A DNA stretch of 64,000 bases, from positions 8,613 to 72,612 of IMG/VR virus record IMGVR_UViG_3300005549_000002. One strand, given 5' to 3'. A program made the translations under genes and the position numbers. Positions 1-9,876 of this stretch are shown here, piece after piece. Numbering within the stretch: position 1 is the first letter of the stretch; every line of letters begins with the position of its first letter. Under the pieces are notes generated by a model, which was not told the DNA's origin, did not search any database, and worked only from the letters and a program-made list of their open reading frames with translations. This stretch comes from a virus.

Positions 1-336
1 GGTTACATCGGCTCGGTGCAGGACGTCGACTTCTTCGAGGTGACAACGACCGCGAACTACGCGCCCACCGCCACCGACGCCAATGCCTACAAGACCACGG
101 TCAACGGCGCGACGGTGGGAACGGGCGTGAACCTCGCCGAGGCGCTGCTGTTCGGGCCCGGCGTCGTCGGGTTCGGCACCGCCGTCTCGGATCAGCAGGG
201 CGCCATCGGCCCCGAGGTTCGCTACGCGGACGACACCAACTACGGCACGATCGCCAAGGTCATCTGGTACGCCCTGCACGCGTTCCAAACGCTCGACATC
301 CGCGGTGTTCAGCGGATCCTCTTTCAGACTGCCTGA
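1..336 (+). CDS. Major capsid protein, C-terminal part (5' end outside window)
   Basis: Frame open from base 1; ends ...DDTNYGTIAKVIWYALHAFQTLD, typical of capsid C-termini; first gene of a head-neck-tail cluster. Confidence 0.6.
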   Translation, partial: GYIGSVQDVDFFEVTTTANYAPTATDANAYKTTVNGATVGTGVNLAEALLFGPGVVGFGTAVSDQQGAIGPEVRYADDTNYGTIAKVIWYALHAFQTLDIRGVQRILFQTA

Positions 337-381
337 TCTCGGCTGCCGGGATTCGATTCGGACGATTCGGAGGAACACACC

Positions 382-762
382 ATGGCATCCGGTACCTATA
401 ACAAGCAGGTCGCGGCGCGGGCAGCCGCCATTCTCACGACAGGTGAGGTGGCGGGCGCGTCGTTCGATCTCAACGAGGCTTTCAATTCACAGGTTTCCGT
501 CTTTCTCGATTTCACGATCGGATCACTCACCAACGTGATCGCGCGTTTCTACGCGAGCATGGACGGCACGACCTTCTACCCGATTGCGGCGCCGACGGGC
601 GCCGTCATGACCGAGACCATCACGGCGAACGGGACGCGCGCCTACACGCTCCCGTCACTCTGCGGGTGGAAGTACTTTCGCGCGTCGCTCCAAGGCACCG
701 GCACGGCAACGAGCTCCACCGCGACGATGACCTACCGGTACCTGCGCCGCGGATCGCAGTAA
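382..762 (+). CDS. Putative virion structural/decoration protein
   Basis: GGAGG RBS; beta-rich 126 aa; directly after capsid. Confidence 0.5.
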   Translation: MASGTYNKQVAARAAAILTTGEVAGASFDLNEAFNSQVSVFLDFTIGSLTNVIARFYASMDGTTFYPIAAPTGAVMTETITANGTRAYTLPSLCGWKYFRASLQGTGTATSSTATMTYRYLRRGSQ

Positions 763-768
763 CCGGCG

Positions 769-1380
769 ATGGCCGTCACCGACGCGGAGATCGAGTCGCT
801 CCGGTACCATCTCGGGTACGGCAATCTCGGTGTGGGCGGCTACCCGTACACGCCCGATGGGTTCCTCGAGCTCTTTCGGGACGTCATCCAGCCGAACCTG
901 ACGGGCGGGACCGAAACGACGGCGACGACCGCCATCACGGCCGGCTCGACCACCGCGGTCACGCCGGCCTCGATGACCGGCATCGTCGTTAACGCCCGCC
1001 TCGTCGTCGATGTCGGCGATCTCGCCGAGATCGTCCCGGTCAAGAGCGTCACCCTGACGACCTTTTCCGCGGTGTTCGTGAGCGCCCACCCCGCGAGCGG
1101 CTACCCGATCGCGCTCCTCGGTGGGCAGGCGCGGCTTCGCTACCTCTTGCACCGCGCCGACTCCGCCGAGACGCTCTCGCTCGCGGCGGACGTCGGACTC
1201 TTGGCGGGCCTAAAGCAAGTGGACAAGGGCGACGTCGAGTGGTTTCAGTCGGGCTCGGGCGGCAGCAGCGTGCTCATCACGCGCCAGAAAGCCTACCAGC
1301 AGATCCGCCGCCAGCTGTCGAGCCTCGTGCGCGTCCCGCTCGCCGACGAAGGCGAGTCCACGGTCGTCGAGGCGTACTGA
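769..1380 (+). CDS. Putative head-tail adaptor
   Basis: 203 aa, N-terminal 'EIESLRYHLGY'; position in neck module. Confidence 0.45.
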   Translation: MAVTDAEIESLRYHLGYGNLGVGGYPYTPDGFLELFRDVIQPNLTGGTETTATTAITAGSTTAVTPASMTGIVVNARLVVDVGDLAEIVPVKSVTLTTFSAVFVSAHPASGYPIALLGGQARLRYLLHRADSAETLSLAADVGLLAGLKQVDKGDVEWFQSGSGGSSVLITRQKAYQQIRRQLSSLVRVPLADEGESTVVEAY

Positions 1381-1381
1381 C

Positions 1382-1828
1382 ATGAGCTTCGCCGATTCGC
1401 TGAAACCGATCCTGTACGGCGCGCGCGCGTTCGCCGGCCAGCTCGGCTTTCGGCCGCACGCGGTCGAGATCCTCACGGGCGCGTGGTCGGGCGCGCATAC
1501 GGGCGACGGCACCGAAACCGCGACCGCCCTCCCGATCGCCGAGTCGGGCGGGCAGCCTCCGAAAACCAGGTGGCTGAACGACGAGCAGATCGCGCTCGGG
1601 GGCCTGCCGCGGGGCACGGTCGAAATCGGGCCCATCACGCCGAGCTTTCCGGGCGGCGGCACCTTGCTCGCGACCCTCGCGGGCGACGCCCTTGTCCGCG
1701 GCGAGACGATTCACGTGCGCATCACCGGTCCGAAGCACCCGTCGGGCGCGCTCTATCGATTGACGAGCCTCACCGCCGACAAGGCCCTGAGCTACAAGCT
1801 CCAAGCGCAGCCGGTCGCCACCGCATGA
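1382..1828 (+). CDS. Putative head closure/stopper protein
   Basis: Coupled 148-aa ORF in neck module. Confidence 0.4.
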   Translation: MSFADSLKPILYGARAFAGQLGFRPHAVEILTGAWSGAHTGDGTETATALPIAESGGQPPKTRWLNDEQIALGGLPRGTVEIGPITPSFPGGGTLLATLAGDALVRGETIHVRITGPKHPSGALYRLTSLTADKALSYKLQAQPVATA

Positions 1829-2595
1829 CGCGCGCCGACTCGATGTTCCAAACATTCGGCGATCTGCACCTGCCGATCGACGCCGCCGACGTCGCAACGA
1901 CGCTCGAGCCGCTCGATCCCGGCCTCGGGAAACTGCTGGCGCTCTTCAAGACCGCCATCAATTCCGAGTACGGGCCCGTGTGGCACAAGGTCGTCGACGC
2001 GCTCCCCGTCGGGCACCCGCTTCGCGCGAGCGATCCGGTCGCCGACACGCTCGAGCTCGAGCCGAGCCCGTCGGTGATGCAGCAGCGCAAGGCGACGTGG
2101 CCGCTGCTTTGCCTGCACCGGACCGGCGAGGCGACCTACGAGCGCGTCATGCTCGACCAGGACCGCCTCACCCAGGAGTGGGGCCTACACTACATCCTCT
2201 CGCCGCTCGACATCGGCGATCTCAGGCGCCTCGCGCCGATCTGCGTCGCCGTCGGCAAGCTCATCCGCCTGGTCATCCGCCAGCGCGGTCACAAGAGCTA
2301 CGAAGCCGGCGAGCTGCAGTTTTTTCCCGACAAGGGCGGCTTCGCCAGCATCGCGCTCGACTCGCAGGAGGGGCCGGGGCAGGCGTCCTTCGCGGGCGGC
2401 GACAACGATGGGCCGACCTACTACGCGGTCTCGTTCAAGCTCAAAACGACCGAGCTCGCGTACGACGATCTCGACGGGTACGGCGAGTATGAGGGCACCG
2501 ACGTGTCCGTCGGCGTCGGCACGGGCGATGCGATCGTTCCCGATCTCATCCAAGCCGACACCTCGCTTCCCGTCGATCCCGTCGGGGACGACTGA
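1825..2595 (+). CDS. Putative tail terminator/neck protein
   Basis: ATGA overlap with previous gene (start MTRADSMF); position. Confidence 0.4.
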   Translation: MTRADSMFQTFGDLHLPIDAADVATTLEPLDPGLGKLLALFKTAINSEYGPVWHKVVDALPVGHPLRASDPVADTLELEPSPSVMQQRKATWPLLCLHRTGEATYERVMLDQDRLTQEWGLHYILSPLDIGDLRRLAPICVAVGKLIRLVIRQRGHKSYEAGELQFFPDKGGFASIALDSQEGPGQASFAGGDNDGPTYYAVSFKLKTTELAYDDLDGYGEYEGTDVSVGVGTGDAIVPDLIQADTSLPVDPVGDD

Positions 2596-2628
2596 CCGGT
2601 TTTTAATCGCAGCGCGAGGAGCGTCCCC

Positions 2629-2820
2629 ATGTCGATCATCGGCATCATCGTAGTCATCATCGTCGTCGGCGTGCTGCTCTACCTGGTGAACAGCGTTATC
2701 CCGATGGACCCGAAGGTGCGGATCATTCTTCAGGTCGTGGTCGTCCTCGCCCTGATCCTCTGGCTGCTCAACGTGTTCGGGCTCCTCTCCGGCAACATCG
2801 GCTCGACGCGGATCCGGTAG
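2629..2820 (+). CDS. Small two-TM membrane protein (Thivi_2564-like)
   Basis: IVVGVLLYLVNSVIPMDPKVRIILQVVVV pattern; GAGGAG RBS. Confidence 0.7.
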   Translation: MSIIGIIVVIIVVGVLLYLVNSVIPMDPKVRIILQVVVVLALILWLLNVFGLLSGNIGSTRIR

Positions 2821-2827
2821 TTCACGC

Positions 2828-3283
2828 GTGCGAGACGGGCCGATCAACATCGACAAGGTGCTGCGCGCCCACACCCGGTTCAAGCGCCTACACCATTCCC
2901 TCTTCGATCGCGAGGTGGAAAAGATCGGAAGGTTCGGCGTCCAGTACGTCAGAGACCACCCGACGTTCAAGCCGCGGACGGGCAACCTCCAGAAGCAAAC
3001 CGATTTCCGGATCGTGCGGCTGCGGAGCGGCGCGATCGTCCAGATCCGAAACCGCGCCAAGTACGCGACGGCGATCGATACGGGCTCGCCGCGTCACATC
3101 ATCGTGGCGCGCCGCGCGCAATGTCTCTCCTTCATCTGGAAAGGCGTGCGCGTGCGCTTTCGCTGGGTGATGCACCCCGGCAACCGACCTTTCAAGTTTC
3201 TCTACCGCGCCAGCAACGCTGCCGGCCGCGTCTTCGTACCCAGGATGCACTCCGGCATGGAGCGCATCGCCAAGCAGTTCTGA
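2828..3283 (+). CDS. HK97 gp10-like tail completion/morphogenesis protein
   Basis: Basic protein with PRTGNL, KYATAIDTGSPRH and VMHPGNRPFKFL motifs. Confidence 0.6.
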   Translation: MRDGPINIDKVLRAHTRFKRLHHSLFDREVEKIGRFGVQYVRDHPTFKPRTGNLQKQTDFRIVRLRSGAIVQIRNRAKYATAIDTGSPRHIIVARRAQCLSFIWKGVRVRFRWVMHPGNRPFKFLYRASNAAGRVFVPRMHSGMERIAKQF

Positions 3284-3295
3284 GGGGGCACTTCC

Positions 3296-3763
3296 ATGAA
3301 GCTGCGTTTTTACGCGAACGCCGACGCGCTCGTCTACATCCCGGGCTCGCGGGCCGGCATCGGACAGCCGGCTCACTACATCGGCCGGCGCTACCAGGCG
3401 CCGAAGGACGGCAAGCCCGCGTCCTACCCCGCCACCGAGGAGCCGTACGAGGTCGAGCTCGATCGGACGAGGCTCGTCGACGAGCAGATTTTCCTTCGCT
3501 ACATGAAGCTCACCCGGCGCGGCGACATCTTGCCCGCCGATGAGGCGACGGCCAAGGAGTGCGGCGCCGAGTACCGGGCCGCCACGTTCAAGGACGACGA
3601 GTGGACCCAGCCACCGAAACCGCCCGAGGCGCCGCCCCCGACCCTCGTTGGCAGCGAGCCGAGCGTCGTCACCTCGGCGCCGGCGGACGCCGCCTTCCCG
3701 CCCCCGCCCGCGACCTACAAGCCTCTCGTCGACAAACGCCACCCACGCAAGGAGTCTGAGTAA
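3296..3763 (+). CDS. Hypothetical protein preceding sheath
   Basis: RBS; stop overlaps sheath start. Confidence 0.55.
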   Translation: MKLRFYANADALVYIPGSRAGIGQPAHYIGRRYQAPKDGKPASYPATEEPYEVELDRTRLVDEQIFLRYMKLTRRGDILPADEATAKECGAEYRAATFKDDEWTQPPKPPEAPPPTLVGSEPSVVTSAPADAAFPPPPATYKPLVDKRHPRKESE

Positions 3764-5316
3764 TGGGCGCTCCCGTCATTCCGATCACCGGCATCGACGC
3801 GACTTGGCGCGTGCCGGGCGCCTACGCCGAAATCCTGTTCGCGCAAGGCCCGGCGACCGCGAGCGCGGGCGTTCGCGAAATCATCATCGTCATGCCGAAG
3901 CTTTCCGCGGGCCTGTGGACGGCGGCGACGAAGTACAAGGTCCAGAACGAGAAGGACGCCGAAGACGGCGCCGGCGCGGGCTCGCCGATTCACCGCGCGG
4001 TTCGCATGATCCTACAGGCGAACAAGAACGCCAAGATCTGGGCCGTGCCGGTCTCCGAGACATCGGGCGGCAGCCCCATCGCCGCGACCGCGGTCCTCAC
4101 GATCGCGACCAACGCGACCGGGACCGGCACCCTCACCGTGACCATTTGCGGCGAGGAGTGCGCCTACACCTTCCTCAACACCAACACGCCGACGATCATC
4201 GGCGACGGCATCCGCGATGCTATCAACGCCAAGACGTGGCTGCCCGTCGTGGCCGTCAACGTGACCGGCACCGTCACCCTGACGGCGAAGCTGAAAGGGA
4301 TCTCGCAAGGGACCGCCACGCTCGGCGTCATCCGCGTGCGGGCGACCATCACGGCCGGCGTCGGCACCACTGCGGTCTTCGGCGGCGCGTTTCTCGGGAG
4401 CGGCGCGACCGGCGTCGAGGGATCGACGACCGAGGCTGCCAACACCCTGACGGCGTTGAACACCATCGTCGCCGTCAACAAATACTACCTGGTCTCGAGC
4501 GCGAACGACGCGACGACGCTCGGGCACTTCAAGACCCATTGCGCGACCAAAGCCGAGCCCCGGCAAGGGATCTTCTCGGTCACCATCGCTGGCTACACCG
4601 GCTCGGCGGCGACGGCGCAGACGCTCGCGACGGGCAAAAACTACGAGCGGCTCGCCCTCTATTGCCAGCCGAACAGCGAGCACGACTCCGCCGAGATCGC
4701 GGGCAACGTGGCGGCGATTCGGCAAAAACGCGAGCAGACCGACAGCTCGTACAACCTCGCCGGCTACAGCGAGCCGGATTGGCTCATCAAGCAGGCGTTC
4801 GCCGACGCCGATTGGCCCGACGCCGACGATCTCAACGACATGATCAACGACGGCGTCAGCCCCATCGCCTCGAAAGAGGGCGGGTCCTACCTCGTCATGT
4901 CGGTCAACACACGTTCGAAGATTTCGACGGGGACCATCGACGATTTTCGCGCGTGCGAGACGCACCGGGTTTCCGCCGCCGACGAATTCGTGACCCAGAT
5001 GGTGAACCAGGCGCGGCTCGATCACCAGGGCAAGAAGCTCGAGAACGACCAGTTTCTGGCGGACGGCACCGTCAACCCGAGCCAGCCGCGCAAGCGCGGT
5101 GTCATCCGGCCCTCGACGCTGCGCAAGCCCATCTGCCTGCAGCTCGACGAATTCGAGGCCGCCGGCAAGCTGCAGAACGTGCAGAAGTCGAAGGACTCGC
5201 TTCGCACCGTGAAATCGCCTGCGAACGCTGCGCGCGTGGAATGCGGGCTCGATCTCTACGTCATCGATCACGCCCACCAGTTCACGTTCCGGGTCGCCGA
5301 AAACAGCACCGGCTGA
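3763..5316 (+). CDS. Contractile tail sheath protein (Mu gpL-like)
   Basis: 517 aa, N-terminal WRVPGAYAEI, LPVVA..TGTVTLTAK, C-terminal HAHQF. Confidence 0.85.
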   Translation: MGAPVIPITGIDATWRVPGAYAEILFAQGPATASAGVREIIIVMPKLSAGLWTAATKYKVQNEKDAEDGAGAGSPIHRAVRMILQANKNAKIWAVPVSETSGGSPIAATAVLTIATNATGTGTLTVTICGEECAYTFLNTNTPTIIGDGIRDAINAKTWLPVVAVNVTGTVTLTAKLKGISQGTATLGVIRVRATITAGVGTTAVFGGAFLGSGATGVEGSTTEAANTLTALNTIVAVNKYYLVSSANDATTLGHFKTHCATKAEPRQGIFSVTIAGYTGSAATAQTLATGKNYERLALYCQPNSEHDSAEIAGNVAAIRQKREQTDSSYNLAGYSEPDWLIKQAFADADWPDADDLNDMINDGVSPIASKEGGSYLVMSVNTRSKISTGTIDDFRACETHRVSAADEFVTQMVNQARLDHQGKKLENDQFLADGTVNPSQPRKRGVIRPSTLRKPICLQLDEFEAAGKLQNVQKSKDSLRTVKSPANAARVECGLDLYVIDHAHQFTFRVAENSTG

Positions 5317-5338
5317 CCGAGAAAGGTAACGACGCAGC

Positions 5339-5716
5339 ATGGGAACGTTCCAGGATTTTGCACAAATTGGTCTCATGTATGGCGGCAATGAGCTGAAGAT
5401 GCTCACGTCCGTCAAGATGACGACCGACAGCGGGCAGCAGCCCGTGGACCTTCTGAACGAGGGCCTTTCCGGGTTCACGCCCGGCTCGGGCCGCGTGACC
5501 GTCGACATCGGCTACGCGGTGCCGATCGGCGGCCCCGAGGCGCCCTACCAGCAGGATTGCGCCGCCGGCAGTTTCGTGACGCTGCAGGTCTTCGAGGGCG
5601 CGCTCTCGTACATCGGCAAGGGCAAGATCATCAACAACGAGGTCGGGCAATCGACGAACAACCCGATGGAAGGCTCGTGCCAGTGGATGGGACCGCTCGC
5701 GCCGATCGAGATCTGA
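5339..5716 (+). CDS. Tail tube protein
   Basis: 125 aa beta-rich ORF right after sheath. Confidence 0.7.
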   Translation: MGTFQDFAQIGLMYGGNELKMLTSVKMTTDSGQQPVDLLNEGLSGFTPGSGRVTVDIGYAVPIGGPEAPYQQDCAAGSFVTLQVFEGALSYIGKGKIINNEVGQSTNNPMEGSCQWMGPLAPIEI

Positions 5717-5736
5717 GCCCCCCAAAAATATAACGG

Positions 5737-5860
5737 AACGGCGCCGAGCGCGTGGCATGGGATAGGGACCCAGGCTCGGCAAGGTCGTTTCACAAAGCGA
5801 AAGCCCCGAGGCAGCCCCCGCGTCCCTATCGCGTCGGGCCGCCATCGGGGCTTTCGGTTT
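5737..5860 (+). ncRNA. Structured intergenic element: two hairpins with complementary loops
   Basis: Stems 5737-5749/5774-5789 and 5798-5809/5845-5856; loops GATAGGGAC (5761-5769) and GTCCCTATC (5822-5830). Confidence 0.45.
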
Positions 5861-5883
5861 ATTTGCCGCGAGGAAACCATTCC

Positions 5884-6654
5884 ATGGCAGGACCGCCCGT
5901 CGACATCGAGCAGAGCGAACTCTTCCGGAAACTATGCGAGCCCGGCCCGAGCGAAGTGATCGATTTCCCGCGCCGCAAGGCCAACGGCGAACCGATCGGC
6001 AGCGTTCGCATCCAGGTGCTCACGCAAGAGGAGCACGACCGGGCGCGCACCTTCGCCCACCGCGGGATGAAACTGCAGGGGTTCGACAAGGACGATCTCA
6101 AGGACGCCACCATCCAGGAGATCACCGGCGACGCGATCGCGCGCGAGCTCTTGGCCATGGCGTGCCTCACCGTCACGGGCCCCGAGGACGACACGGGGGC
6201 GCCCCTCCTCGGCCGCGTGTTTCGCAACGCCGACGATCTGAAAAAACTCCGGCCCGACGAGATCGCGTTTCTCTTCTCGGCCTACCTCCTGGTGCAATCG
6301 AAATACGGGCCGTTTGAAAAGATCATCGGCTCGCCCGAGGATCTCAACGCCTGGATCAAGCGTCTCAAGGAGGGCGGCTCGGAGTTCCCTTTACTTCGGT
6401 TGCAATTGCCTCAATTGGCCCAACTAGCCTACTCGTTGGCGGAAAGAGTCTCTTTGCTCTACGGCATCCTGGAATCCCAGCGACCGAACTTGCCGCCTAT
6501 TTTGGTGTCGCTCCTCGACGACTTCTCTATGGGCACTGGCTCGTTTGGCGAGCCTGCTGCGAGCTCCACCGCGACCGATGGGGAAAGCTCAGCTGACGAG
6601 GGGCCCACCGTTGGGCAGGTGACGACGGTCGCCGAGCAGCTGCGGGGCGCCTGA
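5884..6654 (+). CDS. Tail assembly chaperone
   Basis: Between tube and tape measure; start MAGPPVD after GAGGA. Confidence 0.6.
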   Translation: MAGPPVDIEQSELFRKLCEPGPSEVIDFPRRKANGEPIGSVRIQVLTQEEHDRARTFAHRGMKLQGFDKDDLKDATIQEITGDAIARELLAMACLTVTGPEDDTGAPLLGRVFRNADDLKKLRPDEIAFLFSAYLLVQSKYGPFEKIIGSPEDLNAWIKRLKEGGSEFPLLRLQLPQLAQLAYSLAERVSLLYGILESQRPNLPPILVSLLDDFSMGTGSFGEPAASSTATDGESSADEGPTVGQVTTVAEQLRGA

Positions 6655-6655
6655 G

Positions 6656-8968
6656 GTGGCGCTGCTCCAATACGACATCAAGGTTGTCGGCAAGGAATCG
6701 GTCGATCGCGCGCTCGCCGGCATCGAGGCGCGCCTGCGCCAGCACAACGCGACGGTCGGCCGCATCAGCGGCGACGTGGGCGGCGCGCGGCGCGCGGGCA
6801 CGGCCCCGGCGACGGCGCAGCGGCGTTTCCAATCCTCCGCCGCGCAGCACTTCAAGGAGGTCGACCGCGATCAGAAAAAGGCGATCGCGGATGAGGCGAA
6901 GCTCAAGACCAAGGGGCTGCGCGACGAGCACCGCGTCCGTAACCAAATCAACTCCCTCAACATCCGGGAGCTGAAAAAAGAAGAGCGGCTGCGCGCCTCG
7001 ATGGCGACCCGCGACGAGCGGATCATCAGGCGCCAGGCGCGCGCGCGAAGCGAGTTTGCCCAGGCGACGATCGGACACGGCGTCGGCCGCGCGGCGGGAA
7101 CCATCAAGGCCGTCGGCGCGGCGGGCGCGGGCCTGCTCGGCGTGGGCGGCGCGGGCCTCGCGGCAACGGCCGTCGCCGGCGCGACGCGGCTCGACGACAA
7201 GGTCCGGCGCCTCATCATCTCCGGCCGGCAGGGCGGCGAGATTTCCAAGTACCACCCCGAGGAGCTCTCCAAGCAATTTCAGCGCACCGGCATCGAGACG
7301 GGCCTTGACCCCGAGGCGGTCGCGGGCGGCGTGCAGGCGTTCGTCACCAAGACGGGCGACATCGAAACGGCGATCAAGAACCACAAGACCTTCGCCAAGG
7401 TCGCGCAGGCAACGGGCGCCGCCGTGGAGGATGTCGCCTCGGCCGCCGCGGACATGTCCGAGAAGATGGGCATCAAGTCCGTCGAGCAAATGCAAGAGGC
7501 CTTGGCGACGCTCACCCTCCAGGGGAAAAAGGGCGCGTTCGAGCTGAAGGACGCCGCCCAGCAGCTTCCCGAAATCCTCGCCGACGCGGCGAGCTTCGGC
7601 ATCAAGGGCAACGCCGGCCTGACCCAGCTCGGCGGGTTTCTGCAGATCGCCCGGCAGGCGACGGGCAGCGGCGCGGAGACGGCGACGGCGACGTCCGCGG
7701 CATTCCGGCAGCTCAAGGCAAAGTCCGCCGACATCCAATCGGGCGGGGCTTTCAGCGGGCGCGCGGTGCAGGTCTTCGAGGGCGGCGATCCGACCAAGCC
7801 CCTGCGCGACTTCAACGAGATCCTCGGCGACGTGATTTCCGCCTCGCGCGGCAACCTCGTCCAGCTGCAGGAGGTCTTCGACGTGCGCGGCATCCGCGCC
7901 GTCAATCCGCTCATCACGACCTTTCGCAACGCGAGCGAGGCGGCGGGCGGCGGCGACAAGGGCGCGAAGGCGGGGCGCGCCGCCGTGATCGGGCAGCTGA
8001 AGGAGGCGGCGACCGTCAAGGGGGGCTTTGGCGAGATCGAGAAGGACAGCGCCGCGGCCATGCAGTCTTTCGCGGTGCAGATGTCCATCGTCGAGATGCG
8101 TTTCAAGCAGGCGATGGCCGGCGAGCTCTTGCCGCAGCTCATCAAACTCGGCCCCGAGATCGGCAAGCTCGTGCCGTACGTCGGGCGCGCAACGAAGATG
8201 TTCGTCGATCTGGTGTCCTTTCTGCTCGCGCACCCTTTCCAGGCGGTCGCGATCATCGTCGCGACGCAGCTCGCCGCCGATTTTGCCAAGGCGCGGCTCG
8301 GCAACCTCGTCGGCGGCCTCATTGGCAAGGCGTTCATGGGGGTCAGGACGCCGGCGGCGGGCGCCGTCGGCGGCGGCGTCGGCGGTGGTGGTGGCGGGGG
8401 CGCAGCTCCGACGGGCGGGTTTCTCCGTGGTAACCCCGGGCTCGCCGGCGCGGCCAGCGCCGCGGGGGCGGGCCTCGCGCTCGGGCTCACCATCGGATCG
8501 GCCATCATCACGGCGAACGTGGTCAATTTCGAGGCCGGCGAGGCGCAGATGAAGTCGAGCGGCGAGCTGCTCAACAAGATCCGCGAGATGAATTCGCCCG
8601 AGCAGGCGAAGGAAGCGCGCAAACTCGTCGAGGAGCAGCGCGTCGTGGTCGGCGACACGAAAAAGACGGGCGTCTTCGAATCGATCGCCAGCGCCGTCAT
8701 GCCCGACAGCTGGGCGCATAGCATGGCGCAAACGGTCGGAACTGCGGCGAGCGACACCGAGGTCAAGACCCAGGAGTCGTTCCTCGCCGAGATGGAAATG
8801 CAGCTGCGTAAACTCAATGCGCTGGAGGATATCGCCAAACGGCTCAGCACCGCCGGCGTGAGCCAGGAAGCCGCCGCCGTGGAACTGAGCGCCGCCGCTA
8901 AGAAGCTCGGCCTCGCTAGCCCGAACCGCGGCAACACACCGAGCCCCGTAGGCCCAGCCAAAACATGA
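6656..8968 (+). CDS. Tail tape measure protein
   Basis: 770 aa Ala/Gly-rich helical protein with QGKKGAFELKDAA motif. Confidence 0.85.
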   Translation: MALLQYDIKVVGKESVDRALAGIEARLRQHNATVGRISGDVGGARRAGTAPATAQRRFQSSAAQHFKEVDRDQKKAIADEAKLKTKGLRDEHRVRNQINSLNIRELKKEERLRASMATRDERIIRRQARARSEFAQATIGHGVGRAAGTIKAVGAAGAGLLGVGGAGLAATAVAGATRLDDKVRRLIISGRQGGEISKYHPEELSKQFQRTGIETGLDPEAVAGGVQAFVTKTGDIETAIKNHKTFAKVAQATGAAVEDVASAAADMSEKMGIKSVEQMQEALATLTLQGKKGAFELKDAAQQLPEILADAASFGIKGNAGLTQLGGFLQIARQATGSGAETATATSAAFRQLKAKSADIQSGGAFSGRAVQVFEGGDPTKPLRDFNEILGDVISASRGNLVQLQEVFDVRGIRAVNPLITTFRNASEAAGGGDKGAKAGRAAVIGQLKEAATVKGGFGEIEKDSAAAMQSFAVQMSIVEMRFKQAMAGELLPQLIKLGPEIGKLVPYVGRATKMFVDLVSFLLAHPFQAVAIIVATQLAADFAKARLGNLVGGLIGKAFMGVRTPAAGAVGGGVGGGGGGGAAPTGGFLRGNPGLAGAASAAGAGLALGLTIGSAIITANVVNFEAGEAQMKSSGELLNKIREMNSPEQAKEARKLVEEQRVVVGDTKKTGVFESIASAVMPDSWAHSMAQTVGTAASDTEVKTQESFLAEMEMQLRKLNALEDIAKRLSTAGVSQEAAAVELSAAAKKLGLASPNRGNTPSPVGPAKT

Positions 8969-9870
8969 CCGACGTCTTCCGACTCCTCCAACCCTTCGAG
9001 TGGCGCGGCCGCCGCTACCCGCTGACGGCGCGGCAGATCACGTTCCAGCACGAGAACGCGCCGCACAAGGTGCAGTACCGCGACGGCGAGTTTGTCGACA
9101 TGACGGGCGCGACGGGGTTTTCCTTCTCGTACACGATCCCGATGCGCGAGGACATCGCCAAGGGCCCCTACAAGAACCTCTTCAACGAGGGGCTGCCGAT
9201 CCTCCTGCGCGACATCCGCCTGCGCACGCCCGGCATCCTCATCGATCCGGTGCTCGGCCAGTTCCGGTGCGTGCCGCAAACCTTCACCGACGAGTCCGAC
9301 GTCCAGCGCCGCGACGGCGACGACATACGGCTCGAGTTCAAGCAAGCGCCCGAATTCGACGCCGACGATCCGGCCATCCGCGACAACCTGACGGGCATCA
9401 ATGGCCTCGTCTCCGACGCGGGGCAGCTCGATCAAGCGCTCACCAAGGCCGACTGGAAACAAGAGCCGTCGCCCGAGGGCGTGACGGATATCCTTTCGCA
9501 GCTGAGCGGCATCGGGAGCGGCGTGCTCCGTCAAAAAAACCGCGTCTCCGCCTACCTCAACGATCTCGCCTTCAAGCTCGAGAAGATCGAGGACACGGCC
9601 GACAAGGTCGAGAACCCTCAGAACTGGGGCCTTCGCAACGACGTGCGCCGCATGCGTGACGTGGTGACGCAGCTGAACCTGCGCGCCGCGGAAAACCCCG
9701 TGCGCAAGTTTCGCCGCATCACCAAGAACGTGGCGATCACCGTCTCCGCGCTCGCCGCCGAGCTCGACATGACCCTCGAAGAACTGATCAAGTTAAACCC
9801 GGCGCTCGTGAAACTGCCCATGGTGCCGGCCGGGACCAAAGTCACGGCGTACGCCGCGAAGACAGCCTAG
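8965..9870 (+). CDS. Mu gpN-like DNA circularization/tail protein with C-terminal LysM-like domain
   Basis: FEWRG..YP..HKVQYRDGEFVDMTG N-terminus; ELIKLNPAL..VPAGTKV C-terminus. Confidence 0.7.
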   Translation: MTDVFRLLQPFEWRGRRYPLTARQITFQHENAPHKVQYRDGEFVDMTGATGFSFSYTIPMREDIAKGPYKNLFNEGLPILLRDIRLRTPGILIDPVLGQFRCVPQTFTDESDVQRRDGDDIRLEFKQAPEFDADDPAIRDNLTGINGLVSDAGQLDQALTKADWKQEPSPEGVTDILSQLSGIGSGVLRQKNRVSAYLNDLAFKLEKIEDTADKVENPQNWGLRNDVRRMRDVVTQLNLRAAENPVRKFRRITKNVAITVSALAAELDMTLEELIKLNPALVKLPMVPAGTKVTAYAAKTA

Positions 9871-9876
9871 CCCGCC

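Noticed and set aside
5884-6654. Programmed frameshift in the tail chaperone
   Set aside because: A single ORF runs to the tape measure start; no second-frame extension is needed
6527-9534. Long antisense ORFs (e.g. 6527-8731, 7279-9534; also 40180-42138)
   Set aside because: Shadow ORFs expected opposite real genes in high-GC DNA; no recognisable motifs
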